NCBI GenBank assembly: GCA_963802255.1
Contig: CAWDHY010000001.1
Coordinates: 555,842-619,841, forward strand
Direction: 5' to 3'
Source: Candidatus Magasanikiibacteriota bacterium
GTDB lineage: Bacteria > Patescibacteriota > Patescibacteriia > Magasanikbacterales > GWA2-37-8
DNA length: 64,000 nt
Shown here: piece after piece, positions 9,579-19,590 of the stretch
Position numbering within the stretch: position 1 is the first letter of the stretch
How the letters are laid out: the number at the start of each line of letters is the position of its first letter
The notes under the pieces: model-generated
What the model was told of the DNA's origin: nothing
Databases searched by the model: none
Seen by the model: the letters and a program-made list of their open reading frames with translations, nothing else
Translations under genes and position numbers: made by a program

Positions 9579-11198
9579 ATGATTTTAGGACAGCTTAACA
9601 ATCAATCAAAAACGATTACCGGTGCGGCGCTGATCATTGCCTCAGCCACGCTTCTTAGTAAACTTATAGGGCTCATCCGAGACAGGATACTTGCCCATTA
9701 TTTTGGCGCAGGTGAAATTATGGATGCCTATTACGCCGCCTTCAAGATTCCGGATCTAATTTATACTTTGCTTATTGTCGGTGCTCTTACCGCCGGATTT
9801 ATTCCAACATTTACAAAATTATTTTACGCCGGCGAAGAAAAAAGCCCCGCATGGCGGCTAGCAAATAATATCTTCAATATCGGGGGTCTGATAATCGCAG
9901 CTCTCAGCATTTTAGGACAAATATTAGCCCCATTACTCGTACCGGTTATTGCTCCCGGATTTTCCGAAGCCAATCGTGAACTTACCATTTCTTTAACCAG
10001 GATAATGTTTATTTCGCCATTATTTTTCGGTTTATCAATGACCCTGGGAGGAGTTCTTCAATCATTAAGGCGTTTTGTCCTATATTCAATCGCTCCAATT
10101 TTTTATAATTTAGGCATTATTATAGGAACCGTATTTTTCGTTAAATTTTGCGGACCAATCGGTCTTGCTTGGGGCGTTGTACTTGGCGCGGTATTGCACT
10201 TCTCTCTTCAAATGATAGGCGCCTACAATGGGGGCTGGCGCTGGAAATGGCACTTTGATTTAAAAGATCCTGAAACCCGTTTGGTGGCCAAGCTAATGAT
10301 TCCCCGCACTCTTGGTCTCGCAGTTACTGAAATTAACGTTTTTGTTGTGACAATTCTGGCATCTCTCTTGCCCATCGGCAGTGTGGCTGTTTATAACTAC
10401 GCCAACAATCTTCAGGGTGTTCCGACCGGAATTATAGGCATTCCGTTTGCGCTGGCTGTTTTTCCTCTTCTATCAGTGGCGGCGGCAAAAAACAATACCC
10501 AGGAATTTATAAAATATTTAAGCAGTACGGCACGGCAGATAATTTTTTTAGTGATTCCAATTTCTATTATTGTACTGCTTTTAAGAGCACAAATTGTCCG
10601 CGTTGTACTTGGTTCAGGAGCCTTTGACTGGAGCGCGACCACTGCCACGGCAAACGCATTGGCTTTCTTTTCCTTCGGGCTATTTGCTCAATCGCTCGTC
10701 CCTCTTTTAGCGCGCGCTTTTTATTCGCTTTGCGACACAAAAACACCATTCGTAACAGGCATTATTGCAGAACTTATTGCAATTATCTCTGCTCTAATAT
10801 TAATGAAGCCGCTGGGAGTGGCCGGCCTGGCGCTTGCCTCTTCTATTGGAGCTATCGTAAATCTGACACTACTATCAATTTATTTACGAAAAAATACCGG
10901 TGGAATTGAAGGAGAAAAAATAATTTCATCTCTGTATCGCGTTTCTATTGCGGCTATTGCCATGGCCGTTGTAATACAATTATTGAAATATCCTCTGGCT
11001 GATATTTTTAATCTTAATTATTTCCATGGCGTGCTGGGGCAAGGCCTAACAGCTGGAATAGCCGGTCTTATTGTTTACGGCTTCATTTGCTGGCTATTAA
11101 AAGTACCTGAATTTATTTCTATAAAAGAAGCCTTAAAAAAACGCTGGCTGAAAACCCGCAATATTGACACTCCTGAACTTATTGAAACAAAAGAATGA
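9579..11198 (+). CDS. murJ: Lipid II flippase MurJ (MviN)
   Basis: 539 aa with about 14 TM segments. The N-terminus matches MurJ: LLSKLIGLIRDRILAHYFGAGEIMDAYYAAFKIPDL. Confidence 0.85.
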   Translation: MILGQLNNQSKTITGAALIIASATLLSKLIGLIRDRILAHYFGAGEIMDAYYAAFKIPDLIYTLLIVGALTAGFIPTFTKLFYAGEEKSPAWRLANNIFNIGGLIIAALSILGQILAPLLVPVIAPGFSEANRELTISLTRIMFISPLFFGLSMTLGGVLQSLRRFVLYSIAPIFYNLGIIIGTVFFVKFCGPIGLAWGVVLGAVLHFSLQMIGAYNGGWRWKWHFDLKDPETRLVAKLMIPRTLGLAVTEINVFVVTILASLLPIGSVAVYNYANNLQGVPTGIIGIPFALAVFPLLSVAAAKNNTQEFIKYLSSTARQIIFLVIPISIIVLLLRAQIVRVVLGSGAFDWSATTATANALAFFSFGLFAQSLVPLLARAFYSLCDTKTPFVTGIIAELIAIISALILMKPLGVAGLALASSIGAIVNLTLLSIYLRKNTGGIEGEKIISSLYRVSIAAIAMAVVIQLLKYPLADIFNLNYFHGVLGQGLTAGIAGLIVYGFICWLLKVPEFISIKEALKKRWLKTRNIDTPELIETKE

Positions 11199-12988
11199 TT
11201 ATGAATGAAAACATAAAAAATTTCTGTATTATTGCTCATATCGACCACGGCAAAAGCACACTGGCGGACCGATTTTTGGAATTGACCGGCACGGTCGCAA
11301 GACGCGATATGAAGGACCAGCTTTTGGATTCAATGGATCTTGAACGGGAACGGGGCATAACAATTAAACTGACTCCTGTCCGGATGGAATATCAAAAACA
11401 TATTTTAAACCTGATTGATACACCCGGTCATGTTGATTTTAATTATGAGGTATCCCGTTCATTGGCGGCCGTAGAGGGCGCCGTGCTCTTAGTTGACGCG
11501 ACTCAAGGTGTACAAGCCCAAACTATCGGCAATCTTTATTTGGCGCTGGAGCAAAATCTGACGATTATTCCTGTAATCAACAAGATTGACATGGCTCTCG
11601 CTAATGTGGAAAAAACTAGGGAAGAAATTATTCATTTAACTGGCTGCAAGGATAGTGAGATAATTATGGCTTCGGGCAAAACAGGAATTGGCGTACCGGA
11701 AATTCTGGACGCCATAATCAAACGTATCCCCTGCCCTTCCGACAACGCGAACAAACCGGCGCGCGCCTTAATTTTTGATTCCGAATACAATGAGTACAAA
11801 GGCGTAGTCGCCTCAGTCAGAATGGTTGACGGAGAATTAAAAAAAGGTGAAAAAATTCGTCTAATGACAACTCATACTCCGGCCGAAATTCTGGAAATCG
11901 GATACTATAAACCGAAATTCAAACCGGCTGACAAATTGGCTAATGGTGAAATCGGATATATTGTTACGGGCTTAAAAGAAGTGCGAGATTGCCGAGTCGG
12001 CGACACGATTGCCATATCAGGCGAAAACTCCGCTAAAACTCCTCTGCCGGGGTACAAAGAAGTTAAACCGATGGTTTTTGCCGGCATATTTCCAAAAGAA
12101 GGCAATGAATTTCAGGAACTGCGTGATGCGATAGATAAACTTAAACTCAATGACTCAGCCTTATACTTTGAACCAGAACATTCGCAAGCGCTTGGCTTCG
12201 GCTTTCGTTGTGGCTTTTTAGGAATGCTTCATTTGGATATTTTTCAGGAACGGCTCAGGCGGGAACATAATCTGGAAATTGTAATTACTGTACCAAGCGT
12301 AGCCTACAAAATACTAAAAAACGGCGGCGTGGAAATAATAATTCACGGGCCTCAAGAAATGCCGGACCCGGGCCATATCCAAGAAATTTCTGAACCATGG
12401 ATGACGCTCGATATTATTACGCCAAAAGATTTTGTCGGAAATGTTATGGGTCTAATATCAGAACGCCGTGGCCGGTATATCAATACGGAATATCTTTCAT
12501 CCGGGTCTGACCAGCGTGCGGTAATCCATTATGAAATACCACTGTCCTCTCTCATTACCGACTTCTATGATAAGTTAAAAACAGTCACTTCGGGATACGC
12601 TTCAATGAATTATGAATACAAAGGATATGAACCGACTGAAGTGGTAAAACTTGATATACTAATCGCTGATGAGCCGGTTGAAGAACTTTCCACTCTTGTT
12701 TGGAATGACGAAGCATACAAAACAGGAAAGAGAATTGTTCAATCCTTAAAAGAATCATTACCGCGCCAACAATTTGAAATAAAAATTCAGGCGGCCATCG
12801 GAGGAAAAATTATTGCAGCCGAAAGATTGTCGGCCTATCGCAAAGATGTGTTAGCAAAACTATACGGCGGAGACGTTACGAGAAAAATGAAGCTTCTTGA
12901 AAAACAAAAGAAAGGAAAAAGAAAGATGGCGGCCCACGGAAAAGTGGATATACCGACAGAAACATATTTAAAAGTATTAAAAAGATAA
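11195..12988 (+). CDS. lepA: Elongation factor 4 (LepA)
   Basis: G1 motif AHIDHGKST, DTPGH, NKID, plus the LepA-specific C-terminal domain. Overlaps murJ by 4 nt. Confidence 0.9.
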   Translation: MIMNENIKNFCIIAHIDHGKSTLADRFLELTGTVARRDMKDQLLDSMDLERERGITIKLTPVRMEYQKHILNLIDTPGHVDFNYEVSRSLAAVEGAVLLVDATQGVQAQTIGNLYLALEQNLTIIPVINKIDMALANVEKTREEIIHLTGCKDSEIIMASGKTGIGVPEILDAIIKRIPCPSDNANKPARALIFDSEYNEYKGVVASVRMVDGELKKGEKIRLMTTHTPAEILEIGYYKPKFKPADKLANGEIGYIVTGLKEVRDCRVGDTIAISGENSAKTPLPGYKEVKPMVFAGIFPKEGNEFQELRDAIDKLKLNDSALYFEPEHSQALGFGFRCGFLGMLHLDIFQERLRREHNLEIVITVPSVAYKILKNGGVEIIIHGPQEMPDPGHIQEISEPWMTLDIITPKDFVGNVMGLISERRGRYINTEYLSSGSDQRAVIHYEIPLSSLITDFYDKLKTVTSGYASMNYEYKGYEPTEVVKLDILIADEPVEELSTLVWNDEAYKTGKRIVQSLKESLPRQQFEIKIQAAIGGKIIAAERLSAYRKDVLAKLYGGDVTRKMKLLEKQKKGKRKMAAHGKVDIPTETYLKVLKR

Positions 12989-13099
12989 TATGAAACACAA
13001 AACCATAAAAAATCTTTGGATTATTGTTGCGCTTATCGGCGTTGCCGCCATGATAATGTTCACAATAATGCCTGCATTCCAGTTTTAATCATTCTTTAC

Positions 13100-14875
13100 A
13101 TGAAAAAATGGGTTGTTATTGAACCGCCACCGGGTGAATTTTTTGAAAATCACCCTGAGTTGCCGCCGATTGCCGCGCGGCTTCTTTGGAACCGTAATTT
13201 ACGCACTCAGGAACAAATAGACGAATTTTTAAATCCCGATTATCTGGCCGATGTACACGATCCTTTTTTGTTTAAAGATATGAAAAAAGCGGTGCATATT
13301 ATTTTTGAAGCGATAAAATCGCAAAAAAATATTATGGTACACGGAGATTATGATGCTGACGGAGTTTGCGCTTCAAAAATTCTTCTTAGCACTTTAAAAA
13401 ATATAGGCGCTAAAAACATTAATGTTTTTTTACCACACCGTGAAATCGACGGATACGGATTAAACATGAATAGTATAAATTCATTTATTGAACAGAGGGT
13501 TGATTTAATAATTACGTGTGACTGTGGTGTGTCAAATTTTGAAGAAATTAGTGCGGCGAAAGATGCGGGAATGCAAATTGTTCTGACTGACCATCATACG
13601 GTTCCCTCTGAATTGCCGAGAGCAGATGCCATCATTCATGCTCTGGTTCCCGGTGAGCCATATCCGGATAAAGGGCTTGCCGGAGCGGCGGTAGCTTTTA
13701 AACTGGCGCAAGCACTTATTAAGACAAGTAAGGTGAAAGGTGAAAAATTATGCGATGGCCAATCGCACGAGGCTTATGAAAAATGGCTGCTTGATCTGGT
13801 GGCAATTGCCACGATCGGCGATATGGTTCCTCTTGTGGGCGAATCCCGCACACTTACACGCTATGGGCTGACTGTTTTAAACAAAACAAAAAATATCGGC
13901 TTGAAAGAAATGTTAATAGCTTCATCGCTTGCCGATGAAAATGGAAACCCAAAAAAAGGAGCTTATACTTCTGAAACGGTAAGTTTTCAAATTGTACCTC
14001 GTCTTAATGCTGCAGGAAGAATGGACCACGCCAATACTGCGCTTGCTCTTCTTATGGCGGAAAACAATGATGAGGCGCAAAGTTTGGCTTTGCAACTTAA
14101 TAAAAATAATTCCGACCGTCAAAAGCTGACCGAACAGATGGTTGAACAGGCAACAAGCCAAATTAAAAAAATGAAGCAGGAAAAGAATCCTGTCTTAATT
14201 GTTATGGGTGAAAAATGGTCAACCGGGATAATTGGCCTTATTGCCGGAAAAATTAAAGATTTATATTATAAGCCGGCATTGGTTCTGGGCAACGACGAAG
14301 GAGAGATAACCGGTTCGGGCCGAAGCGTTCCACAGTTTAATATGATTAACGCCCTACAATCAATGCCTCAATATTTTTCTAAATTCGGTGGTCACCCTCT
14401 TGCTTGCGGTTTTTCATTGAAATCGATGGATATGCTTTCTGGTTTCAAAAATGAAATTAATCTGCTTGCTAAGAAACAAATGGCGGGAATTGAACTTGTA
14501 CCGCAAATTTTAATTGACGCTGAAGTAAATCTGGAGGAAGTTGATTGGAAACTTTACGATATTCTTCAAAAATTTGAACCATTCGGCCAGGCAAATGAGG
14601 AACCTCTTTACTTAGCAAAAGGATTAACCGTAATAGAAATAAATCCAGTCGGTCAGGACGGCCGCCATTTAAAGCTGATGGTTAAGCATAATTCTCATCT
14701 TATAAAGAAAACCATTGCTTTTGGTTTTGGTAATGCCGACAAACACCCGACTGACTGGAAAAAAACTTTAAAACCCGGTGATAAAATAGATATGGTTTTT
14801 GCAGTAGGCGTAAATGAGTGGAACGGAAATCGCGAATTAGAACTTTCAGTGAAAGACATGAAAAAAACCGGATAG
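13100..14875 (+). CDS. recJ: Single-stranded-DNA-specific exonuclease RecJ
   Basis: DHH family motifs (HGDYDADG, ...TDHH) and a DHHA1 domain. The track start 13016 (TTG) would give an odd Cys-rich leader. The ATG at 13100 (MKKWVVIEPP) is preferred. Confidence 0.8.
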   Translation: MKKWVVIEPPPGEFFENHPELPPIAARLLWNRNLRTQEQIDEFLNPDYLADVHDPFLFKDMKKAVHIIFEAIKSQKNIMVHGDYDADGVCASKILLSTLKNIGAKNINVFLPHREIDGYGLNMNSINSFIEQRVDLIITCDCGVSNFEEISAAKDAGMQIVLTDHHTVPSELPRADAIIHALVPGEPYPDKGLAGAAVAFKLAQALIKTSKVKGEKLCDGQSHEAYEKWLLDLVAIATIGDMVPLVGESRTLTRYGLTVLNKTKNIGLKEMLIASSLADENGNPKKGAYTSETVSFQIVPRLNAAGRMDHANTALALLMAENNDEAQSLALQLNKNNSDRQKLTEQMVEQATSQIKKMKQEKNPVLIVMGEKWSTGIIGLIAGKIKDLYYKPALVLGNDEGEITGSGRSVPQFNMINALQSMPQYFSKFGGHPLACGFSLKSMDMLSGFKNEINLLAKKQMAGIELVPQILIDAEVNLEEVDWKLYDILQKFEPFGQANEEPLYLAKGLTVIEINPVGQDGRHLKLMVKHNSHLIKKTIAFGFGNADKHPTDWKKTLKPGDKIDMVFAVGVNEWNGNRELELSVKDMKKTG

Positions 14876-14913
14876 ACCGGCCAATTATTTAAATAAGTTT
14901 ACATAAAAAAATA

Positions 14914-14938
14914 CCCCGTTTAGTCGGGGCATTTTTTA
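14914..14938. terminator. Bidirectional intrinsic terminator between recJ (+) and the downstream minus-strand gene
   Basis: Hairpin CCCCG-tttagt-CGGGG flanked by an A-run and a T-run. Confidence 0.6.
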
Positions 14939-14946
14939 TTAATATT

Positions 14947-15258
14947 TTAACCGTTTCTTATCTCCTTTTCTAATCCCTCCCATTTTTTCTGTAATTCCTT
15001 AATTAAATTATTTTTTATATCAATAGCCAGCTCTTTCTTAGCGCTATATTCTTCCACCGCTCTTTCAACAAGCGCATTCCACATCTCGCGAGTTGGGCCC
15101 TCCAATTTTTTAATACTTTCTCTCAATTCACTGTATAACGGCTCGATGTGAGCGATTAATTTGGCCCGGTATTCCTTTCCCTTAACAGTGGCATTAAGCC
15201 ACATTAATCCGGCCCCCAGAACGCCGCCCAGCACTAATCCTTTTTTGAATCTACCCAT
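14947..15258 (-). CDS. YtxH-like small membrane-associated protein
   Basis: 103 aa. Gly-zipper N-terminus GLVLGGVLGAGLMWLNA followed by a long charged helix, typical of the YtxH family. Confidence 0.45.
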   Translation of the reverse strand: MGRFKKGLVLGGVLGAGLMWLNATVKGKEYRAKLIAHIEPLYSELRESIKKLEGPTREMWNALVERAVEEYSAKKELAIDIKNNLIKELQKKWEGLEKEIRNG

Positions 15259-15283
15259 ATTGATAAAATTAATTATTTAACGA

Positions 15284-16132
15284 TTAGCCGCAGCTGGCGT
15301 CAGTATTCGTACCCGTGCCAACACCAAAACTCGGCGAGGCGCTTTGCGTACTAAGAGCAGTATCGCATTCAGAGGGCGCATTATTAAAGCTTGAGCAAAT
15401 TACCTGTTTAACCGCTTCAGGGCTACGCGACACTTCCACCTGCACGCCGTTAATTACAAGAGTCGGCGAACCCTGCACACCATACTTTTCATTCTCTGTC
15501 GCATGCACATCGTAAAGAGGAAATTGTCCGCTAAGCCAGCTTGCTTTGTCATCTAAATTCGCTTTTATTCCGAATTGCGAATCGGCTTTTGCCATGCATG
15601 AATTTACCTGGCTTTCGCTAACTCCTGCTTCCTTCAAACAAGCCGCATAATCATCTTTACCCGTAAAACAGGTAAGGTATTTTGCAAACTTCGCACTCTG
15701 GTCTTTTTGTATGCAGTACTGCCTGGTATTCTCGTTAATTTCTTTTTCTCCATGCATTGCATATGAAACAAATTTAATATCCATTTCGGCCTTCTTCTTT
15801 AATAATTCATAAGCCGGCAGATACGCTTTTTCCATCTGAAGTCCATAAGGACAATATGACATCACAAACAATTCAACCTTTGGCTTGTCGGTTTTTGGCG
15901 GAGGTGTCGCCTCTTGTTGCTGCGCACTCGCAATATCTTGAGCTTGGGCTGCCGCAATTGCTTTATTATTTCCGGCGGCGGCCGCACAATTAACCCCCTT
16001 TGTTAATGACATCACGACGAGCACTATAAAGCCGATAGTGCAAAGAATTAACAAGCCGGCAATTCCGCCAACAATCATGGCGCTTCGCGAATCCAACAGC
16101 TCAAAAAAATTCTTTTTTTCTCCATTATCCAT
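15284..16132 (-). CDS. Membrane-anchored thioredoxin-fold (DsbA-like) protein
   Basis: N-terminal TM helix. Thioredoxin-fold signatures FVMSYCPYG (CxxG variant of the CxxC site) and a cis-Pro loop YGVQGSPTLVINGVQV. Cys-rich C-terminal tail. Confidence 0.5.
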   Translation of the reverse strand: MDNGEKKNFFELLDSRSAMIVGGIAGLLILCTIGFIVLVVMSLTKGVNCAAAAGNNKAIAAAQAQDIASAQQQEATPPPKTDKPKVELFVMSYCPYGLQMEKAYLPAYELLKKKAEMDIKFVSYAMHGEKEINENTRQYCIQKDQSAKFAKYLTCFTGKDDYAACLKEAGVSESQVNSCMAKADSQFGIKANLDDKASWLSGQFPLYDVHATENEKYGVQGSPTLVINGVQVEVSRSPEAVKQVICSSFNNAPSECDTALSTQSASPSFGVGTGTNTDASCG

Positions 16133-16136
16133 ATAG

Positions 16137-16772
16137 CTATTTACTTAATAAATGATTATAAACAGATATGTAGGCACCCGCCTCCACATCTTCTTTGCTT
16201 AATTTTATAGCATCTATATCTAAAGTCAAGTGGATACTCTGCTGATTACTTGAATCACATATTATATCTTCCAATAATAGCATTTTTTTATCATTTAAAA
16301 ATTTTGAACAGGCACTATTCTTTTTGCAGGTTTGAACCGAGACTGCAATTAAAATATCAGCCAAATCAATCAATTTGGGCAAATAATATCTGTTGTATAA
16401 AGATAAAAAAAATGAAAATAAATCCTTAACATCAATATTCCTGTAAAAAGTAATGACCAACGGTTTCTTCCGCTCTTTCTTCCATTTTATCAAATCACCG
16501 GCTAAACCCATAAATGGAGTATGGAGATGAACGATGTCAGCCGCATCCAATTCTGAAATTACATGTGAGCCGCTAAACAATCCGGCAAATTTCATAGTCG
16601 GAGTTTTCATAGTCGTTTCAATCTGTTCCCTCCGTGACACCGTTCCATATTGAAGGGTGAAGGCTTCAGAGTTAATTCCACAAGTTCTCTCCCTCTCGGC
16701 CAAATTCATCGCCTGATCGCGGATATCTATAAAATAATCATAGACTGAAGGTATAATGTGTATTACTTTCAT
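16137..16772 (-). CDS. GT4 glycosyltransferase N-terminal-domain-only paralog (possible gene remnant)
   Basis: 211 aa. MKVIHIIPS...DIVHLHTPFMGLAGDLIKWKK...PLVITFYRN is a clear paralog of the N-terminal half of the full GT4 at 17581-18696 (MKIAHLVSTFPP...DIVHLHYPFYGALGSLIKAKK...LVVTYHMD). It lacks the C-terminal catalytic half. Confidence 0.55.
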   Translation of the reverse strand: MKVIHIIPSVYDYFIDIRDQAMNLAERERTCGINSEAFTLQYGTVSRREQIETTMKTPTMKFAGLFSGSHVISELDAADIVHLHTPFMGLAGDLIKWKKERKKPLVITFYRNIDVKDLFSFFLSLYNRYYLPKLIDLADILIAVSVQTCKKNSACSKFLNDKKMLLLEDIICDSSNQQSIHLTLDIDAIKLSKEDVEAGAYISVYNHLLSK

Positions 16773-17584
16773 ATCAATATTTTTTTCGCCTTCAAATGAA
16801 CATTAGGCGAAGGAATAAAGAAAAAAATATTCGATTCCAGAGTGACGAGAGAATTAACAATATTTTTAAACAAGCCCGGCCGCCGCCTACTTGAATGCTT
16901 AAAAAACTGTTCATTATTCAGCTGTTCATTTCCCGTTTTCTTCGCATAGTTATCCATGGCTACAAAAACGGCGACGCCCAAAATCTGTCCGAGAAAATGT
17001 TCCGCATAGGTTACGCTCTCGACAAAAAAATTATTTTTTTTAAATATTTCCTCCAGCCTTTTACGGGAGAAAAAATTTATGTGCCCGGCATATTTTTTGG
17101 TTAATCCGCGTTTCAGCCCCAATTTATCCAGTAGGTGCCATATTGAAGTAAAATCGCCTTCACAGGGAACAAAGGCATAAAGCACCCCGCCCGGTTTAAG
17201 AATGCGATATATTTCTTTTAATAAAACATCGGGGTCATTTACATGCTCAAGAACATCAAAAATCGCGATACCGTCAAATTCATTATCAGAATACGGCAAA
17301 TTACGTTCTCCACAGAGTGAATATTCAACTCCGTCAGAGAATGATTCGGCAATATTTATTGCCGCTTCACTAACATCGGTTCCAAAACATTGCCATGATT
17401 GCCTAAACGATTTTAAAGCACGTATAAATGTGCCTGCTCCACAGCCGACTTCCAATATTTTTGATTCTTCCGGCAAACCGAAAAATGAATTCATACACCG
17501 ACGTAAGCGAACATTTGTGGGGTCACTCCATTTATATGACGCCTGCCCATTACCCCAAACCGATTTGTTATAATCAAACGTCAT
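16769..17584 (-). CDS. Class I SAM-dependent methyltransferase
   Basis: Motif I ILEVGCGAGTF, motif post-I FGTD and motif II GGVLYAFVP. Overlaps its neighbours by 4 nt. Confidence 0.8.
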   Translation of the reverse strand: MTFDYNKSVWGNGQASYKWSDPTNVRLRRCMNSFFGLPEESKILEVGCGAGTFIRALKSFRQSWQCFGTDVSEAAINIAESFSDGVEYSLCGERNLPYSDNEFDGIAIFDVLEHVNDPDVLLKEIYRILKPGGVLYAFVPCEGDFTSIWHLLDKLGLKRGLTKKYAGHINFFSRKRLEEIFKKNNFFVESVTYAEHFLGQILGVAVFVAMDNYAKKTGNEQLNNEQFFKHSSRRRPGLFKNIVNSLVTLESNIFFFIPSPNVHLKAKKILI

Positions 17585-18696
17585 ATCAAAGTTCGATAAA
17601 CTTCATTTAGAGTAAATATGTGATTATTCCAATCATACTGAAGCGCCCTTTCCCGCGCTCTTCCCCTGATAATATTTTTTTCTTCATTGTTAAATAATAG
17701 TACCCGTTCGATACAATCTTTCCATGCCTGGTCGCTGTTTAATGATGCAAGAAAACCATTAACGCCGTTCTTAATGCGGCCCTTTATACCCGCGATATCG
17801 CTTGCGACCACAATCGCACCACAAGACATAGCTTCTACCACAACCAGTGAAAATGATTCGGAAAGTGAAGGAACCGCCACCAGGTCTGCGTTTGAATAAT
17901 ATTTTGATAAATCATTTCTGGCGACACCTGACCCAAGAAAGATAACTCTATTTTCATATTGCGTCGCAACGATTAGTTTCTTAAGCCTCTCTTCATCATA
18001 TCCCCCGCCGACAGACGCTAGAACGGTATCTTTAGGTAATTTCGGCAGTAAATTTATTAAAAACTCCAAATTTTTTACCGGTAAAAAATTACCGACAAAT
18101 AGTATTACCTTTTTATTGTTTAATTCCGGTTTCCCAACAGCAGACCAATCACCTTCCCGCCGGCTAAACTCATAGGTATCCACTCCATTAGGTAAAAAAA
18201 TAATTTTTTCTTTTCCGATGAAACGTCCGAATTTTGACTCTTTAAAATAATCCGCATCAACGGCGATTATCTTATCCGCAAATGTAAAAATTTTCCCGGC
18301 AAACATTGAATCATATATTCTTTGAAGCAAACCTTTTGCGCCGGCGCTTTGAGGGTCCATGTGATATGTAACCACCAGCTTAAAACCCAGCAATTTTTTC
18401 GCTTTTATCAGCGAACCCAACGCACCATAAAAAGGATAATGAAGATGAACGATATCAAAACCGCGAAGCAATTTCGGCAATCCAGAGATAATCCCCGCAT
18501 CACCGATTTTTATCACCGGCCGAAGCCGTCGGACAACAAAGTTGTATTCATTGTCATTATATTTTACACCCGGATATTTTAGCGTAAAAACACAAACATC
18601 ATTTTCTGGTGATATTCGTTTTGCTTCTTCAAGACAAACCGACCCCATCCCGCCAATATGCGGTGGAAAAGTTGATACTAAGTGTGCGATTTTCAT
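17581..18696 (-). CDS. Glycosyltransferase family 4 (GT-B, group 1)
   Basis: 371 aa. N-terminal Glyco_trans_4-like domain and C-terminal Glycos_transf_1 with the E-x7-E-like region (EAMSCGAIVVASDIAG). Confidence 0.8.
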   Translation of the reverse strand: MKIAHLVSTFPPHIGGMGSVCLEEAKRISPENDVCVFTLKYPGVKYNDNEYNFVVRRLRPVIKIGDAGIISGLPKLLRGFDIVHLHYPFYGALGSLIKAKKLLGFKLVVTYHMDPQSAGAKGLLQRIYDSMFAGKIFTFADKIIAVDADYFKESKFGRFIGKEKIIFLPNGVDTYEFSRREGDWSAVGKPELNNKKVILFVGNFLPVKNLEFLINLLPKLPKDTVLASVGGGYDEERLKKLIVATQYENRVIFLGSGVARNDLSKYYSNADLVAVPSLSESFSLVVVEAMSCGAIVVASDIAGIKGRIKNGVNGFLASLNSDQAWKDCIERVLLFNNEEKNIIRGRARERALQYDWNNHIFTLNEVYRTLI

Positions 18697-18715
18697 TTTT
18701 AAATATTTATCAAAA

Positions 18716-19585
18716 TTACAAAATTATTCCATCACGATCCTCATCGCCTTCAGCATTCCGTAAAACATACACGTCGCCATTATACTGATCGGTTCCGACA
18801 AGCTCCGCCTCTCTGTTGTAAATCTGCTCGTACGGCTGACACGCCTGGCATCCTCCTTCACCAGCCGGACATTTATATCTTTCTATTTGTCTCGCTAATT
18901 TAATATTTCTCCCGACTTCAAGAACTTTTTCCCTGCTCTCATCAAGATCAGGCAGTATTTTCTCTGTTAAAACATCGCTATAATCCAAATACCAATAGCT
19001 GGCTTTGACAGCATTTCTTTTTTGACAATTATGTACAAGCAGGTGATAAATCGGCAATTGCAGAGAAGACGGATCCTCTTCGCTTTTTCCTGTTTTAAAA
19101 TCAATAATATGCACACTATCAGTTTCCGGCAAATATTCCAGCCAGTCAATTTTTCCGCATAAAATAAGATTTTCTTCTTCAGAAATCCAATAATATGGTA
19201 AATCCATATTAATTTTTACCGAGAGCTCCTCAATTGGGCCCGGATTGTCCATAACTCTTCTCATCATATTTTGACCCCTAGTTTTATATTTATATTCCAT
19301 CTCATCGTTAAAAAAGCCACCTTTTTTTCCGGATACTTTTTCCCAGGCAACATCAAATTTTTTGATCAAGGGAGTATCAAAACGACGATCTCGCGGCAAT
19401 GTTGAAAGTGATTCAAGCACGTCATGAACACACTGACCAAGTGCTAACGAGGGGCTCATCAGCTTTATCTTATGATTATTTTTCGGATCCCGATAAACAT
19501 TTTTAAGATAATACGCTCGTCCGCAACGCAAAAAATCACTAATAGAACTATGCGAGATCCAATATGCGCTATATTTATCCGGCAT
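18716..19585 (-). CDS. PD-(D/E)XK nuclease, Cas4/AddB-like, with a 4-Cys Fe-S cluster site
   Basis: N-terminal Cys (FLRCGRAYYL). Catalytic core GKIDWLEY...IIDFKTGK (D...E-x-K), then QLPIYHLL (Q-x-x-x-Y). C-terminal C-x5-C-x2-C (CPAGEGGCQACQ). Architecture matches Cas4/DUF83. Confidence 0.7.
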   Translation of the reverse strand: MPDKYSAYWISHSSISDFLRCGRAYYLKNVYRDPKNNHKIKLMSPSLALGQCVHDVLESLSTLPRDRRFDTPLIKKFDVAWEKVSGKKGGFFNDEMEYKYKTRGQNMMRRVMDNPGPIEELSVKINMDLPYYWISEEENLILCGKIDWLEYLPETDSVHIIDFKTGKSEEDPSSLQLPIYHLLVHNCQKRNAVKASYWYLDYSDVLTEKILPDLDESREKVLEVGRNIKLARQIERYKCPAGEGGCQACQPYEQIYNREAELVGTDQYNGDVYVLRNAEGDEDRDGIIL

Positions 19586-19590
19586 AAAAA

